DNA from: Verrucomicrobium sp.
GTDB taxonomy: Bacteria; Verrucomicrobiota; Verrucomicrobiia; Methylacidiphilales; UBA1321
Length of the DNA stretch: 64,000 bases
NCBI GenBank assembly: GCA_017849585.1
Contig: JAFIGT010000032.1
Span: forward strand, 84,027-148,026
Direction of reading: 5' to 3'
In this document: positions 37,244 to 46,008 of the stretch, piece after piece
How the letters are laid out: each line of letters begins with the position of its first letter
Numbering within the stretch: position 1 is the first letter of the stretch
Position numbers and translations under genes: made by a program
Notes under the pieces: model-generated
Told to the model about the DNA's origin: nothing
The model's input: the letters and a program-made list of their open reading frames with translations, nothing else
Databases searched by the model: none

Positions 37244-38077
37244 TCAGTAATAGAGGCGGCCGGTATCGGTGTGAAAAACGTCGAGGCCGCTGTCCTGGGG
37301 GGACATTGTCTTGACGCTGCCGTCGACCATGAGGACGTTGACGCGACCCTCGTGCATGTCGTAGCCCACGTAGCGACTGGATGTGCGGGTTTCGTTCAGG
37401 GTGCTGACGGCGGGACCGGCGCTGCCGGGATAGGGGATTCCATCGGTGAGCAGCAAGGTGTTGGAGGGGTCTTGAAATTGCGCGAGGCGATATTGAATGG
37501 CGGTGGCCGGGTAGTTGATCCTGTTGCGCAGGATGTAGCCATTGCAGACGTAGCTTGTGGCGAACCCGTTGCTGACCCGTGGGCTTTTCTGGGTGTTCCG
37601 GGCGATGAAGGCGGGGCAATAGTAGTTGGCTGGTGCGGTCTTGTAGTCGGCGGGTTGCAGTTTTTTTCCCGCGTAGGGCAGGAGTACATCCTCCCAGGAT
37701 AATCCGGTTGTTCCATCGCTGGCCCATTGGTGGCGCACGGGCAGCATATTATCATTATCCTGTGCGTAGAGGGCGTCCGCGGCGATACCGTCGATTTCCT
37801 TCACCACCGCGGCACTGCCGACGGTGCGCCGATGAAGAAACCTTCCGTCGAGCGGGTGCTTTCCGATAAGGCTGGCATCCTTTTGTTTCTGCGCAATGAA
37901 GTGAAACCGGGAAAGAATCTGTTTGCGATGGTCGTCACGGATAAAAGTCTGGAGCCGCTGGCCGCCGAGAAGGAGGAAAAGCTGGAGCTCCTTTTTCGTT
38001 TGGGGAAAGGCAGCTATCTGGATGGGTTTCAGAATCTGGGCTTGATCTCGCGAGTGGGAACGATTGTTCCCGATCAA
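37244..38077 (-). CDS. H-X9-DG domain protein lacking the prepilin N-terminus (probable 5'-truncated remnant)
   Basis: The C-terminus DMHEGRVNVLMVDGSVKTM is an exact H-X9-DG motif. The region VKEIDGIAADALYAQDNDNMLP aligns to the post-helix region of the intact paralogs. No GFTL.E motif or hydrophobic helix lies upstream, and the TTG-initiated first 70-80 codons look non-native. The first in-frame ATG is at 37747. Confidence 0.5.
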   Translation of the reverse strand: MIGNNRSHSRDQAQILKPIQIAAFPQTKKELQLFLLLGGQRLQTFIRDDHRKQILSRFHFIAQKQKDASLIGKHPLDGRFLHRRTVGSAAVVKEIDGIAADALYAQDNDNMLPVRHQWASDGTTGLSWEDVLLPYAGKKLQPADYKTAPANYYCPAFIARNTQKSPRVSNGFATSYVCNGYILRNRINYPATAIQYRLAQFQDPSNTLLLTDGIPYPGSAGPAVSTLNETRTSSRYVGYDMHEGRVNVLMVDGSVKTMSPQDSGLDVFHTDTGRLYY

Positions 38078-38757
38078 CCGGTCAAAACTCAGGTGCCCTA
38101 TACCGCACTGCTGGTTGATGACCGATTCAGCGGTCCGCTACCCGCTAGTGTATTGCGGCAAGTTCCCTGTGGCGATGATCCCATCCGGTCTCTCGCGCAG
38201 CATGGCTACCTGTCTAACACTGTGGCGGATCAAGCGGCGCTAGGTATATTTGCGAGCGATCAGGGGCAAATGAAACTCGATACCCGAAAGGGTTCCTTCG
38301 AAATTGTAACGGAGATGGCTGAGGGATTCTCCGGTCAGGGTGGGCTTTCCTGGGCAGGGCAAATGGCCAAGATGACGAATGGGAAAGATACGCCACCTTC
38401 TTTCTCGGGGCCATGGATGGCCGTTCACTGGAGAAAAGTGGTCGACTGTTGTTGCTCTACCTGACGGACGTGCTGGCGGAGGGAACCCAGTTTGGAAATG
38501 CGGAAAGAACGCTCTACGTGAATCACGGACGGTTGCCGCACTTGATCCGGGCGGATCAGGGTACAATCATGATCAAGAATGGCGATTTTCAGAATACAGA
38601 AGTCTGGGCCGTTGATCTAGCAGGCCGTCGAATTCGCAAGATCGAAACTCACCGGCAGGACAGTGGCACTACTTTTACCGTGGCGACAACAACGGCCTGT
38701 GTCTATGAGATCCTGCGGACGCCATCCACGCAGGCAGGTAATGGCCCGGGCAAATAG
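37830..38757 (+). pseudogene. 5'-truncated, frameshifted C-terminal fragment of an unidentified (glycosidase-associated?) protein
   Basis: Protein-like translation runs in one frame (part of track ORF 37727..38464) up to ...AGQMAKMTNGKDTPPSF. It continues in a second frame (ORF 38413..38757: ...LEKSGRLLLLYLTDVLAEG...VWAVDLAGRRIRKIE...). The second frame is open only from 38323, so the frameshift lies within about 38323-38464. There is no start codon or signal peptide. Confidence 0.45.
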
Positions 38758-38784
38758 GCTCTTTGTGGTGCCGCGGCGGGTGCC

Positions 38785-40413
38785 TCATTTCTGGAGCGGG
38801 GTGGGATTTGTCGCGTCTAGGGTCGTGAATGGCGCAGTGGGCAGATTTTCTATATTATAGAGATTGGCTCGCGGGAATGCGCGCCACCCATAGCGTATAG
38901 CCGTTGGCTTGGCGACGGCGTCGCTCCAGACCAGTACGGAATGGTTCTCACTGATTTGAGCGGTGGCGGGAACAAAATGTCCGTCGCCAGCCGCGATTTC
39001 AAATCCCTCGACATGATCGAGCGGTGCTTCTGGTGGGACATTGAGGCGAGGGGAGGGGGCGCTGCCGATTTTCAAACCGCTGCCAACATGATCGAACAGG
39101 ACACGGATTTTGTTTTTCTCCACCTGCAGAGAGCGATAGCAGGGGCCCGTATAAACGAGTTTTTCGCCATAGACCAGGTGCCGTGCGACGAGAGCTGCGC
39201 GATATCCGACATCCTGTTTGTTCCTGGGGTGGACATCCTTTTCTTCGCCAAGATCGATTGTTACAGCCATGCCGGTATTGGGCAGCGAAAGATTTTTCCG
39301 TTGCGAGTCGCGCAGATAGACCCAGCTCTCGTGAGGACCGAAACCGGGCAATTGCACGATAATGAACGGGAAGTCGCCCTGATTCCACTTGAGCCGCCAA
39401 TCTTGAATCAGGGTGGAGAGGAGTGTGGCGTAGAGTCGCGCCGTCGATTCTTTGCCTGCATTCTGTTCGCCCTGATACCAGACGACGCCTTTCATGGCGG
39501 AGGAAAAGAGTGGCGCGAGCATGCCATTGTAGAGGACCGTGGGCAGATGCTGGTCCTCATCCGGCGCGAGTGGTTTTTTGGGAGCCGGAGGCGGTGGAGG
39601 GACTGTAGTTGAAGGGGAGCTTGTTTCGCCCGACTTTACCTCTTCAGCTCCATATTGCGCTTTCCATGAGTCGTACTTTTTTTGCCAGTCGGGAAGAATT
39701 TTTTGCGTGTACTCGGCCTTGAGCTGGGGAAGACGATCTCGGGTCTGTTTGAAACGGTCGGCGTAGGCAGTGAGCGCCGGATTGGATTCCAATGCCTCCA
39801 GACTGGTCCACGTTTCGCCAGGCGAACCGCCCCAGGCGGCGTTGACGAGGCCGACCGGAATTTTTTCTGCTTCGTGAATCTCGCGGCCGAAAAAATAAGC
39901 CACGGCGGAAAAACCGCGCACGGTGGCCGGTGTGCAGACGAGCCATTCGCCATCGCAGTCTTTCTGTGGGGTGAAGGCAATTTTCTTTTTGACGTCGAAC
40001 AATCGTATCTGCGGATAGTTCGCCTTGGGAATGGCTTCTACCGCGTTGTGTGCGCGGTTCATGCGGAAATCCATATTTGATTGTCCGGAACAAATCCAGA
40101 CATCACCGACGAGCAGGTCGCGAACAATCAGCGTGTTTTTTCCGCGCACGGTCATTTCCTGCGGAGTGGAATCCGCTTTCAATGGTTTTAGTTGCACAGA
40201 CCATTGGCCGGACGCATCAGCGGTTGTGCTCACTTCCTGGTCGGACAGGGTGAGGGTGACTTCTTCGCCGGGATCAGCCTGCCCCCAGATTGGTAATCGC
40301 TGGCCTTGCTGCAAGACGGCGTGATCACCGAGAATGGCGGGTAGTTTTACGTCGGCTCGGATGGAAGCAAGCCCAAGGAGCATCCAGAGGACAACGGCAA
40401 GACGAGAAATCAT
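38785..40413 (-). CDS. sialate O-acetylesterase-like carbohydrate esterase (SASA family)
   Basis: Signal peptide. Hallmark motif VWICSGQSNMDF. 542 aa. Confidence 0.85.
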   Translation of the reverse strand: MISRLAVVLWMLLGLASIRADVKLPAILGDHAVLQQGQRLPIWGQADPGEEVTLTLSDQEVSTTADASGQWSVQLKPLKADSTPQEMTVRGKNTLIVRDLLVGDVWICSGQSNMDFRMNRAHNAVEAIPKANYPQIRLFDVKKKIAFTPQKDCDGEWLVCTPATVRGFSAVAYFFGREIHEAEKIPVGLVNAAWGGSPGETWTSLEALESNPALTAYADRFKQTRDRLPQLKAEYTQKILPDWQKKYDSWKAQYGAEEVKSGETSSPSTTVPPPPPAPKKPLAPDEDQHLPTVLYNGMLAPLFSSAMKGVVWYQGEQNAGKESTARLYATLLSTLIQDWRLKWNQGDFPFIIVQLPGFGPHESWVYLRDSQRKNLSLPNTGMAVTIDLGEEKDVHPRNKQDVGYRAALVARHLVYGEKLVYTGPCYRSLQVEKNKIRVLFDHVGSGLKIGSAPSPRLNVPPEAPLDHVEGFEIAAGDGHFVPATAQISENHSVLVWSDAVAKPTAIRYGWRAFPRANLYNIENLPTAPFTTLDATNPTPLQK

Positions 40414-40438
40414 AAAGGCAGCGGGGAGGCGTTGGAGT

Positions 40439-41830
40439 TCAACTAGGCTTGGATTGCTCCGGCACTAGTCGAAGGGCATTCCACGGGACGTCTTGGGGAA
40501 GCACTCCTTGGCGAGCGGCGAAGGCGGCGCAACGGCCTGCGGCTTCGCCCATGGCGACGGCATTTCCGGTGACGCGGTAGCTGGAGTGGGCCAGGAAGTC
40601 GCCGCTGATGCAGCGTCCGGCCATGAGCAGTCCGTTCACATCTTTCGCGATGAGCGAGCGCAGCGGGATGTCATACGCCTGGGTCTTGATCCGGTTTTCC
40701 CGTTCGTAATCGCGGGATTTTTTGGGATCGATGGAATGGACGTCGATTCCAAAAGTGGTGGTGCATACCGCGTCCTGATGGCGGCGACCCGCGATCATAT
40801 CTTCGCTGGTGACGGTGTAGAGTCCATGGATGCGTCGACCTTCCCGAATACCAATCTGTGAGCCGGTGGCGACCAGGCGCAGGCCTTTCCAAGGTTCGCC
40901 GAGTCCGGCCAAAGCCCGAACGAGCTTGCGCACCTCCTGCCGGGCGTGAAGGGTGGCGCGTGTGACGTCATCGGCGTTGGTGGCCAGAGCATTGTACTCG
41001 TGATTGGCCATGAGGGCGTACAGGTCTTCGCGGATGTGAAAAAGCGTTGGCGCGGCATAGGAAGGGGTGACGCCGGCGCGTTGGAATTCCGCAAGCAAGC
41101 GCGCCTTGGCTTCTTTGTTGCCACCGGCTCCGATGAACGGTCGTATCGTTTCGGGCAACACGCCGTAAACGAGCGCGACCAAACTCATGGGTTGCACGGC
41201 ACCGGTTTCCGGATGGCCCATGTCAAACCTGCAGCCAGCTAGGGCAGCGAGATCGCCATCGCCCGTTGCATCGACGAACGTGGCGGCACGCCACGCCTCG
41301 CGTCCGGATTTGGACTCGGTGACAATCGTCTCCAGCTTGCGGGCGTTATTGGCGTAGGCGGCGCACACTTCCGTGTGCAGCCGGATGTCCACTTTGGCGC
41401 TAAGGCAAAGTTCCTCCAGAATCGCCTTCATCGATTCCGGATCGTAAGCGAAGCTGCCGCCCTGCTGGCGCAATGCGCCCTCTTTTTGCAGGATCATTCG
41501 CAGTTCGGACATGATTCCGGTTTTGTTGGCGGAATCAATCACCCAACTCAGGCAACCGCTGGTCCACACTCCACCGAGACAACCGGCCCGCTCAATGAGT
41601 TTTACTTTCGCACCGGCTCGCGCGGCAGCCAGCGCGGCGGCGAAACCTGCGGGGCCTCCGCCCGCCACGATCACATCATAGGTACCGCAGACCGGAATGT
41701 GGCGTGCTGGTTCCGGCAGTTGTGACGGTGCGATGTCTCCTGCTGCCAGCAGGGTAGTGGGCAAAGTGCCTGTCACGGCGGCACTGATTCCCATTTTGAG
41801 CGCTTCGCGTCGAGTATAGGGGGTTGGCAT
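40439..41830 (-). CDS. Tat-exported FAD-dependent oxidoreductase (PF12831-like)
   Basis: Twin-arginine-like leader MPTPYTRREALKMGISAAVTG, then YDVIVAGGGPAGFAAALAAARAGAKVKLIERAGCLGG. The start at 41830 removes the overlap with the upstream gene. Confidence 0.8.
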   Translation of the reverse strand: MPTPYTRREALKMGISAAVTGTLPTTLLAAGDIAPSQLPEPARHIPVCGTYDVIVAGGGPAGFAAALAAARAGAKVKLIERAGCLGGVWTSGCLSWVIDSANKTGIMSELRMILQKEGALRQQGGSFAYDPESMKAILEELCLSAKVDIRLHTEVCAAYANNARKLETIVTESKSGREAWRAATFVDATGDGDLAALAGCRFDMGHPETGAVQPMSLVALVYGVLPETIRPFIGAGGNKEAKARLLAEFQRAGVTPSYAAPTLFHIREDLYALMANHEYNALATNADDVTRATLHARQEVRKLVRALAGLGEPWKGLRLVATGSQIGIREGRRIHGLYTVTSEDMIAGRRHQDAVCTTTFGIDVHSIDPKKSRDYERENRIKTQAYDIPLRSLIAKDVNGLLMAGRCISGDFLAHSSYRVTGNAVAMGEAAGRCAAFAARQGVLPQDVPWNALRLVPEQSKPS

Positions 41831-41886
41831 GGGTGAAATCGGTTGGTTTTTTGTGGGCCAATCGGAGCTATCTGGAGTGGGGCGAA

Positions 41887-43065
41887 TCAGGGTAAGACGC
41901 AGGCCGAGGGGATTGCGCCGTGCCACTCTTCGGCCAGAAGTGTACGATGGTCATAGCATCGGTTCAATGCTTCCTGCAAACCCGGAACAAAACACCGGGG
42001 AGCATCGCCTGAATCGTCCACTTCAATACAGGCGGAGGGGAAATCATGAATCGGAAAGCCAGCGTCATGCATTTGATTCACGCATCGAGTGTGTGCGCTG
42101 GCGGCGTCGATTCCACAGAGAGGCGAAGCACCTGTGCGCGCAGAATTCACCGCCTGCCATAGTTTCCGGCAGGGCTCGTCCTCGGGGGAGCCGTAGGAAA
42201 TTTTTTCGCCCGAGCGGAGTGTGGCGACAATGCTCTTTCGTTCGGCCGAATAGTCGATTACTGCCTGTTCAAACTCGTAGCGGAAACGGGGGTCTTGCCT
42301 GTCCGCGGTCACATGGGACGCGAGAAACTGCAATTCCACGCCCGATTGTGTCCGCAAGCGCAGCGCCGCGGTTTCGAAGCTTTCAATCGGATTGACTCGC
42401 CACAGCTCCGCCTCGGAGACAGTGGCGGCGGCACTCTGCCCGATGGACGGTCCCAGAAGGTAAAGCATGTTGTGGAGATAATGAGCCATGGCGTTGTTCA
42501 CGGGGCTGTCGAGAAGTCGTTCGCCCGTTTTGGTTCGCAAGCGCCCCGCCCAGTCATTGCGGCGATAATAGCGGTCGCCGCGCGGCCAGCAGATCAATGT
42601 CTGGAATTGACGCGGGCAACCGAAGCGTCCGGCCAGGACATCGCTTTTGAGTTTTTGAATGGCCGGGCTAAAGGACCATTGATAGCCGATCGTCACTTGC
42701 TTTCCCGAAAGCGTCTCCGCGGCTTTCATCTGCTCGATCTGTTCAAGACTGGTGCAGAGTGGTTTTTCGCACAGGACATGAGAACCGTGGGCGAGGGCCA
42801 GACAGGTCTGTGCGCAATGGAAATGAATGGGGGAAGAAATGATGAGCAGGTCGCACGCAGCCGTCGCATAGAATTCCTCCAGTCGCGAAAAGGTGGGAAT
42901 GCCACGCGATACAATCTCCGGCCATTGGGGGCAATGTTTCGGAAAGGGTTCGATGATGGCGACGAGTCGGCAGTTCCGCGCTTCGGCCTCCGCAAGCAGG
43001 GTCGTGAGATAGCGTTCGCCATAACCACCCGCGCCGCACAGGGCGATGGACAGGGGCGGCATCAT
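41887..43065 (-). CDS. Gfo/Idh/MocA family oxidoreductase
   Basis: N-terminal Rossmann motif IALCGAGGYGERY and the EKPLC motif. Confidence 0.85.
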   Translation of the reverse strand: MMPPLSIALCGAGGYGERYLTTLLAEAEARNCRLVAIIEPFPKHCPQWPEIVSRGIPTFSRLEEFYATAACDLLIISSPIHFHCAQTCLALAHGSHVLCEKPLCTSLEQIEQMKAAETLSGKQVTIGYQWSFSPAIQKLKSDVLAGRFGCPRQFQTLICWPRGDRYYRRNDWAGRLRTKTGERLLDSPVNNAMAHYLHNMLYLLGPSIGQSAAATVSEAELWRVNPIESFETAALRLRTQSGVELQFLASHVTADRQDPRFRYEFEQAVIDYSAERKSIVATLRSGEKISYGSPEDEPCRKLWQAVNSARTGASPLCGIDAASAHTRCVNQMHDAGFPIHDFPSACIEVDDSGDAPRCFVPGLQEALNRCYDHRTLLAEEWHGAIPSACVLP

Positions 43066-43143
43066 CGGCCCGCGCCCTCCTGCCGCGCAATGGATATCAG
43101 AGGAGTCGGGTACATAATCGTCTTTCAGCGGATCGAGTACGGT

Positions 43144-44031
43144 TTACTGCGAGGAACGGGATTTCCAGCTCCGGCGGAAGCAGAGGCTCAGCGCGAAGGC
43201 CGCGGCCAGCATGAGAAGATTTGTGGAGGGTTCGGGTACGATGGTTCCGGGTGCCAGCGAGAGCACGCTGACGCCATTTACGGTGTCTCCCAGTGAATTC
43301 CAGACGCCGAAATTATCATACCAAGTGGTCAGGGATAAATTGTTGCCGAGAGTGCTCAGCGATTCGCCGATACCAAATCCGGTGATAAATCCGGTCGCAG
43401 AGCCTCCCGTTCCCAATTGTGCAATGCTGGTGGTGGTGCCATCGGACCAATAGGTGGCCACGGTATCGGTGGCCAGGCTGGTGCTGGCGGCATCGCCCAG
43501 CGTGATGTTCGATCCGGTTCGGTTGATAACGATGGTGAAATGATATGTCTTGGACAGGGCGATGCTGGAGGAGTTGATGGTGTTGCCATAGCGTCCCGTG
43601 GAAGTGCGGGCTTCATTCGGCGCGGTGTCCATGACCCCCGTATTCCAGAGATCAAAACCCACCACGAGCGCTCCGGCTCCAGCGGCAAGGGAGGCGATGT
43701 TGCTTTGAAAAACACGGATACTGGCGCTGGCCGCCGCACCGGTGGTATTTGTGCCGGAAGTATAGAGGGCATTCCCGTGCAGGTTGGTATAGGTTGGCGA
43801 GGCGGCGCGCACGTCTATGGCCACAGAGGTTAAATTGTTGGAAGAGGTGGACGTGAAGGTATCGGTGGCTCCTGTGCTGTTCACTAACAAAGCGGCGGAA
43901 CCGCTGCTGGTATCATAGGACTCGAAGTCCGCGTTCCAGATCAGCGCGGCGCGCAGGAAGGTGGTTCCCATGAGAAGAAGGAGAGTGGATGTCGTCAGAA
44001 TCCAGCGAGTCCGGGAGTGATCGGTTTTCAT
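43144..44031 (-). CDS. secreted protein, family Y paralog 1, PEP-CTERM-anchored
   Basis: Signal peptide from MKTDHSRTRWILTTSTLLLLMGTTFLRAA. The C-terminus VPEPSTNLLMLAAAFALSLCFRR. Shares LIWNADFE, NRTG, TGFGIG, WYDNFGVW and VNGVSVLSLAPGT blocks with ORF 47928. Confidence 0.8.
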   Translation of the reverse strand: MKTDHSRTRWILTTSTLLLLMGTTFLRAALIWNADFESYDTSSGSAALLVNSTGATDTFTSTSSNNLTSVAIDVRAASPTYTNLHGNALYTSGTNTTGAAASASIRVFQSNIASLAAGAGALVVGFDLWNTGVMDTAPNEARTSTGRYGNTINSSSIALSKTYHFTIVINRTGSNITLGDAASTSLATDTVATYWSDGTTTSIAQLGTGGSATGFITGFGIGESLSTLGNNLSLTTWYDNFGVWNSLGDTVNGVSVLSLAPGTIVPEPSTNLLMLAAAFALSLCFRRSWKSRSSQ

Positions 44032-44076
44032 GAGTTCACATTGCTCTATTCGAAATAGAGAGGCAATTGTGAGGCT

Positions 44077-44092
44077 TTTTAACTCGTTAAAA
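44077..44092. promoter_or_regulatory. perfect 7-2-7 palindrome TTTTAAC-TC-GTTAAAA (candidate LacI operator)
   Basis: Read directly, about 46 nt upstream of the 44031 start and immediately downstream of the LacI gene. Confidence 0.5.
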
Positions 44093-44136
44093 TTGGAGGC
44101 CGCCACGCGGCTTGCATGGAATGGGCGAGGGCCGTG

Positions 44137-45177
44137 TTACTTCCGGACCCGGGGGATCTGCCGGATGGTGGTGCCGGGGTTGAAATCGCTGCCGATCATG
44201 GTGATTCGCGATTCTTCCTCCTCGCAGCGGATGTTACCCTCGACAAGGCTGGCCAGGATTTCGACGGCCGCTCCTCCCAGGCGATGGGTATTCTGGTGCA
44301 TGCCGCTCAGGGGGTCATTGCGCTGACAGTCGAGATGGAGGAAGCCGAGTTGATCCGGAATGCGGCGGCCCAGAGCTTGCGTCCATTTCCAGACATCGAG
44401 CGTGACACCGATAATCACCTCCGGCCGGGTCCGGCGATACCACTTTTCGTAAGCGGCCTGACTCCATGCCGCCGGGGTGAAAATCACGATTTCGGCGCGG
44501 GGAAAACGCCGCTGTGCGGTCGTTACGCCCGCCATCCAGAGATGATTGACCCGTTCAATGTCGGTATCGCGGATGACGATGCCGATTCGTTCGTAGCCGT
44601 GCTCGAGGGCGCGTTGAATAGCCTGCTCCATCGTCTGGACATGGTGATTGCATACGCGCGGCACGGTGGGAGCGTCCAGCGTGTAACCGAGGGCAACGAT
44701 GCTGAAGCCACTGATATCGATTTCGAGCGAGCGCTTTTCGATAGGTAGTGGGGGGACAATGATGCCGGCAATACCCCGGGCTTTCAGGACGGCGGTGAAA
44801 CGGGCGGGGTCCTTGGCATAATCGCCCATCCAGAAATGTTCGATATTATAGCCCAGTTCCTGTCCGCGTGCGGTGGCGCCCCGTATGTACTCCGGGTAAG
44901 AATGCCAGGTCTTCCAAATGTCTCGCGTCTTGTATTGGGTGACAAAGGCAAGGGTGGCGCGATAGGTCGGGCCGCGGCCCTGCCGCACGCTGGTCATGAG
45001 GGCGCGCACCATGGGATTGGGGGTATAGCCGAGTTCTTTGGCCAGTCCCTGGATTTTGATCCGGGTAAGCTGGGCGACCTTGGAGGAGTTGCGCAGCGCC
45101 ATGGAGACCAGGGCTCGGGTGACACCGGCGTGGTCGGCGATGGTTTGCAGGGTGACGCGCTGGTGGGGATCGCTCAT
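44137..45177 (-). CDS. LacI family transcriptional regulator
   Basis: HTH region TLQTIADHAGVTRALVSMALRNSSKVAQLTRIKIQGLAKELGYTPNP. Paralogous to the 7997 gene (shared GY.PNP.V.ALMT.VR). Confidence 0.9.
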   Translation of the reverse strand: MSDPHQRVTLQTIADHAGVTRALVSMALRNSSKVAQLTRIKIQGLAKELGYTPNPMVRALMTSVRQGRGPTYRATLAFVTQYKTRDIWKTWHSYPEYIRGATARGQELGYNIEHFWMGDYAKDPARFTAVLKARGIAGIIVPPLPIEKRSLEIDISGFSIVALGYTLDAPTVPRVCNHHVQTMEQAIQRALEHGYERIGIVIRDTDIERVNHLWMAGVTTAQRRFPRAEIVIFTPAAWSQAAYEKWYRRTRPEVIIGVTLDVWKWTQALGRRIPDQLGFLHLDCQRNDPLSGMHQNTHRLGGAAVEILASLVEGNIRCEEEESRITMIGSDFNPGTTIRQIPRVRK

Positions 45178-45269
45178 GGGCGTTTAAATGTCATTTACAA
45201 GCTTTCAAGGGAAGTGAGCTTGCCGATAAGGTTATCATACACTACGCGGAAGTCGGGACGAAAGGAGAA

Positions 45270-45283
45270 TTTAACGAGTTAAA
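45270..45283. promoter_or_regulatory. perfect 6-2-6 palindrome TTTAAC-GA-GTTAAA (candidate LacI operator)
   Basis: Read directly in the divergent region between the LacI gene (start 45177) and the pseudopilin-like gene (45335). Confidence 0.5.
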
Positions 45284-45334
45284 GCAGCGCCCGATTGCCT
45301 GACTTTGGGGATGCCATTACCTTCATCAAGACAC

Positions 45335-45997
45335 ATGAATTCACCAGCCCTCAACATCCGGCGTGGCGGCTTTACCCTTATGGAATTAATGGTTGTCGTG
45401 GCCATTATAGCGGTGTTGGTGGCGCTTCTCATGCCGGGCATGGCGAAGATGTCGAGGAACGCGCAGGGCAGTCATATAGCGTCGCAGATGCGCCAGCTCG
45501 GCCAGGCGGTCTTCAGCTATGCCGGGGAACATGACGGGCAACTGCCGGGGCCACTTTGGGATGGACAGGGTTTCCGCTACAAAGCCACCCACCCTGAAGC
45601 GCTGATGACACATCTCGGTTCGTATCTGGGGGTGCAAAATGTGGATGCCAATTGGAGAATTGCCGATCAGCTGATGACTCCGCCGCAGCGCGCATTCTGG
45701 CATAAGATCAATAACGATTCCGCTGCATTCCTGAAAATCACCGTATCGGGAAGCGTCATCCCATTCGGTTACTCGTCCGGAGCTACGGTCACGACCTCGA
45801 TGCGCCTTCAGTCGCTGGTCACCCCCAGCGAAACGTACATGTTCCGCGAGGCCGATCAAAAGGCATCCTGGGTTTCGATCAGTAGTGGTTATTATCGGCA
45901 ATGCCCGCCCGCGCCACTTCACGGCGACTATCGGTACATATCCTATTTTGACGGGAGTATCCGTCCGGTTGCAGTCAAAGAAAGCGACCGGCAGTAA
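45335..45997 (+). CDS. prepilin-type N-terminal cleavage/methylation domain protein with H-X9-DG C-terminus
   Basis: RGGFTLMELMVVVAIIAVLVALLMPG prepilin motif. The C-terminal LHGDYRYISYFDGSIRP is an exact H-X9-DG. Confidence 0.8.
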   Translation: MNSPALNIRRGGFTLMELMVVVAIIAVLVALLMPGMAKMSRNAQGSHIASQMRQLGQAVFSYAGEHDGQLPGPLWDGQGFRYKATHPEALMTHLGSYLGVQNVDANWRIADQLMTPPQRAFWHKINNDSAAFLKITVSGSVIPFGYSSGATVTTSMRLQSLVTPSETYMFREADQKASWVSISSGYYRQCPPAPLHGDYRYISYFDGSIRPVAVKESDRQ

Positions 45998-46008
45998 TTT
46001 TAATTTTC

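Noticed and set aside
42295-43296. 333-aa plus-strand ORF
   Set aside because: Antisense to the Gfo/Idh/MocA gene and to the 3' end of the PEP-CTERM gene. G/R/A-rich shadow with no motifs.
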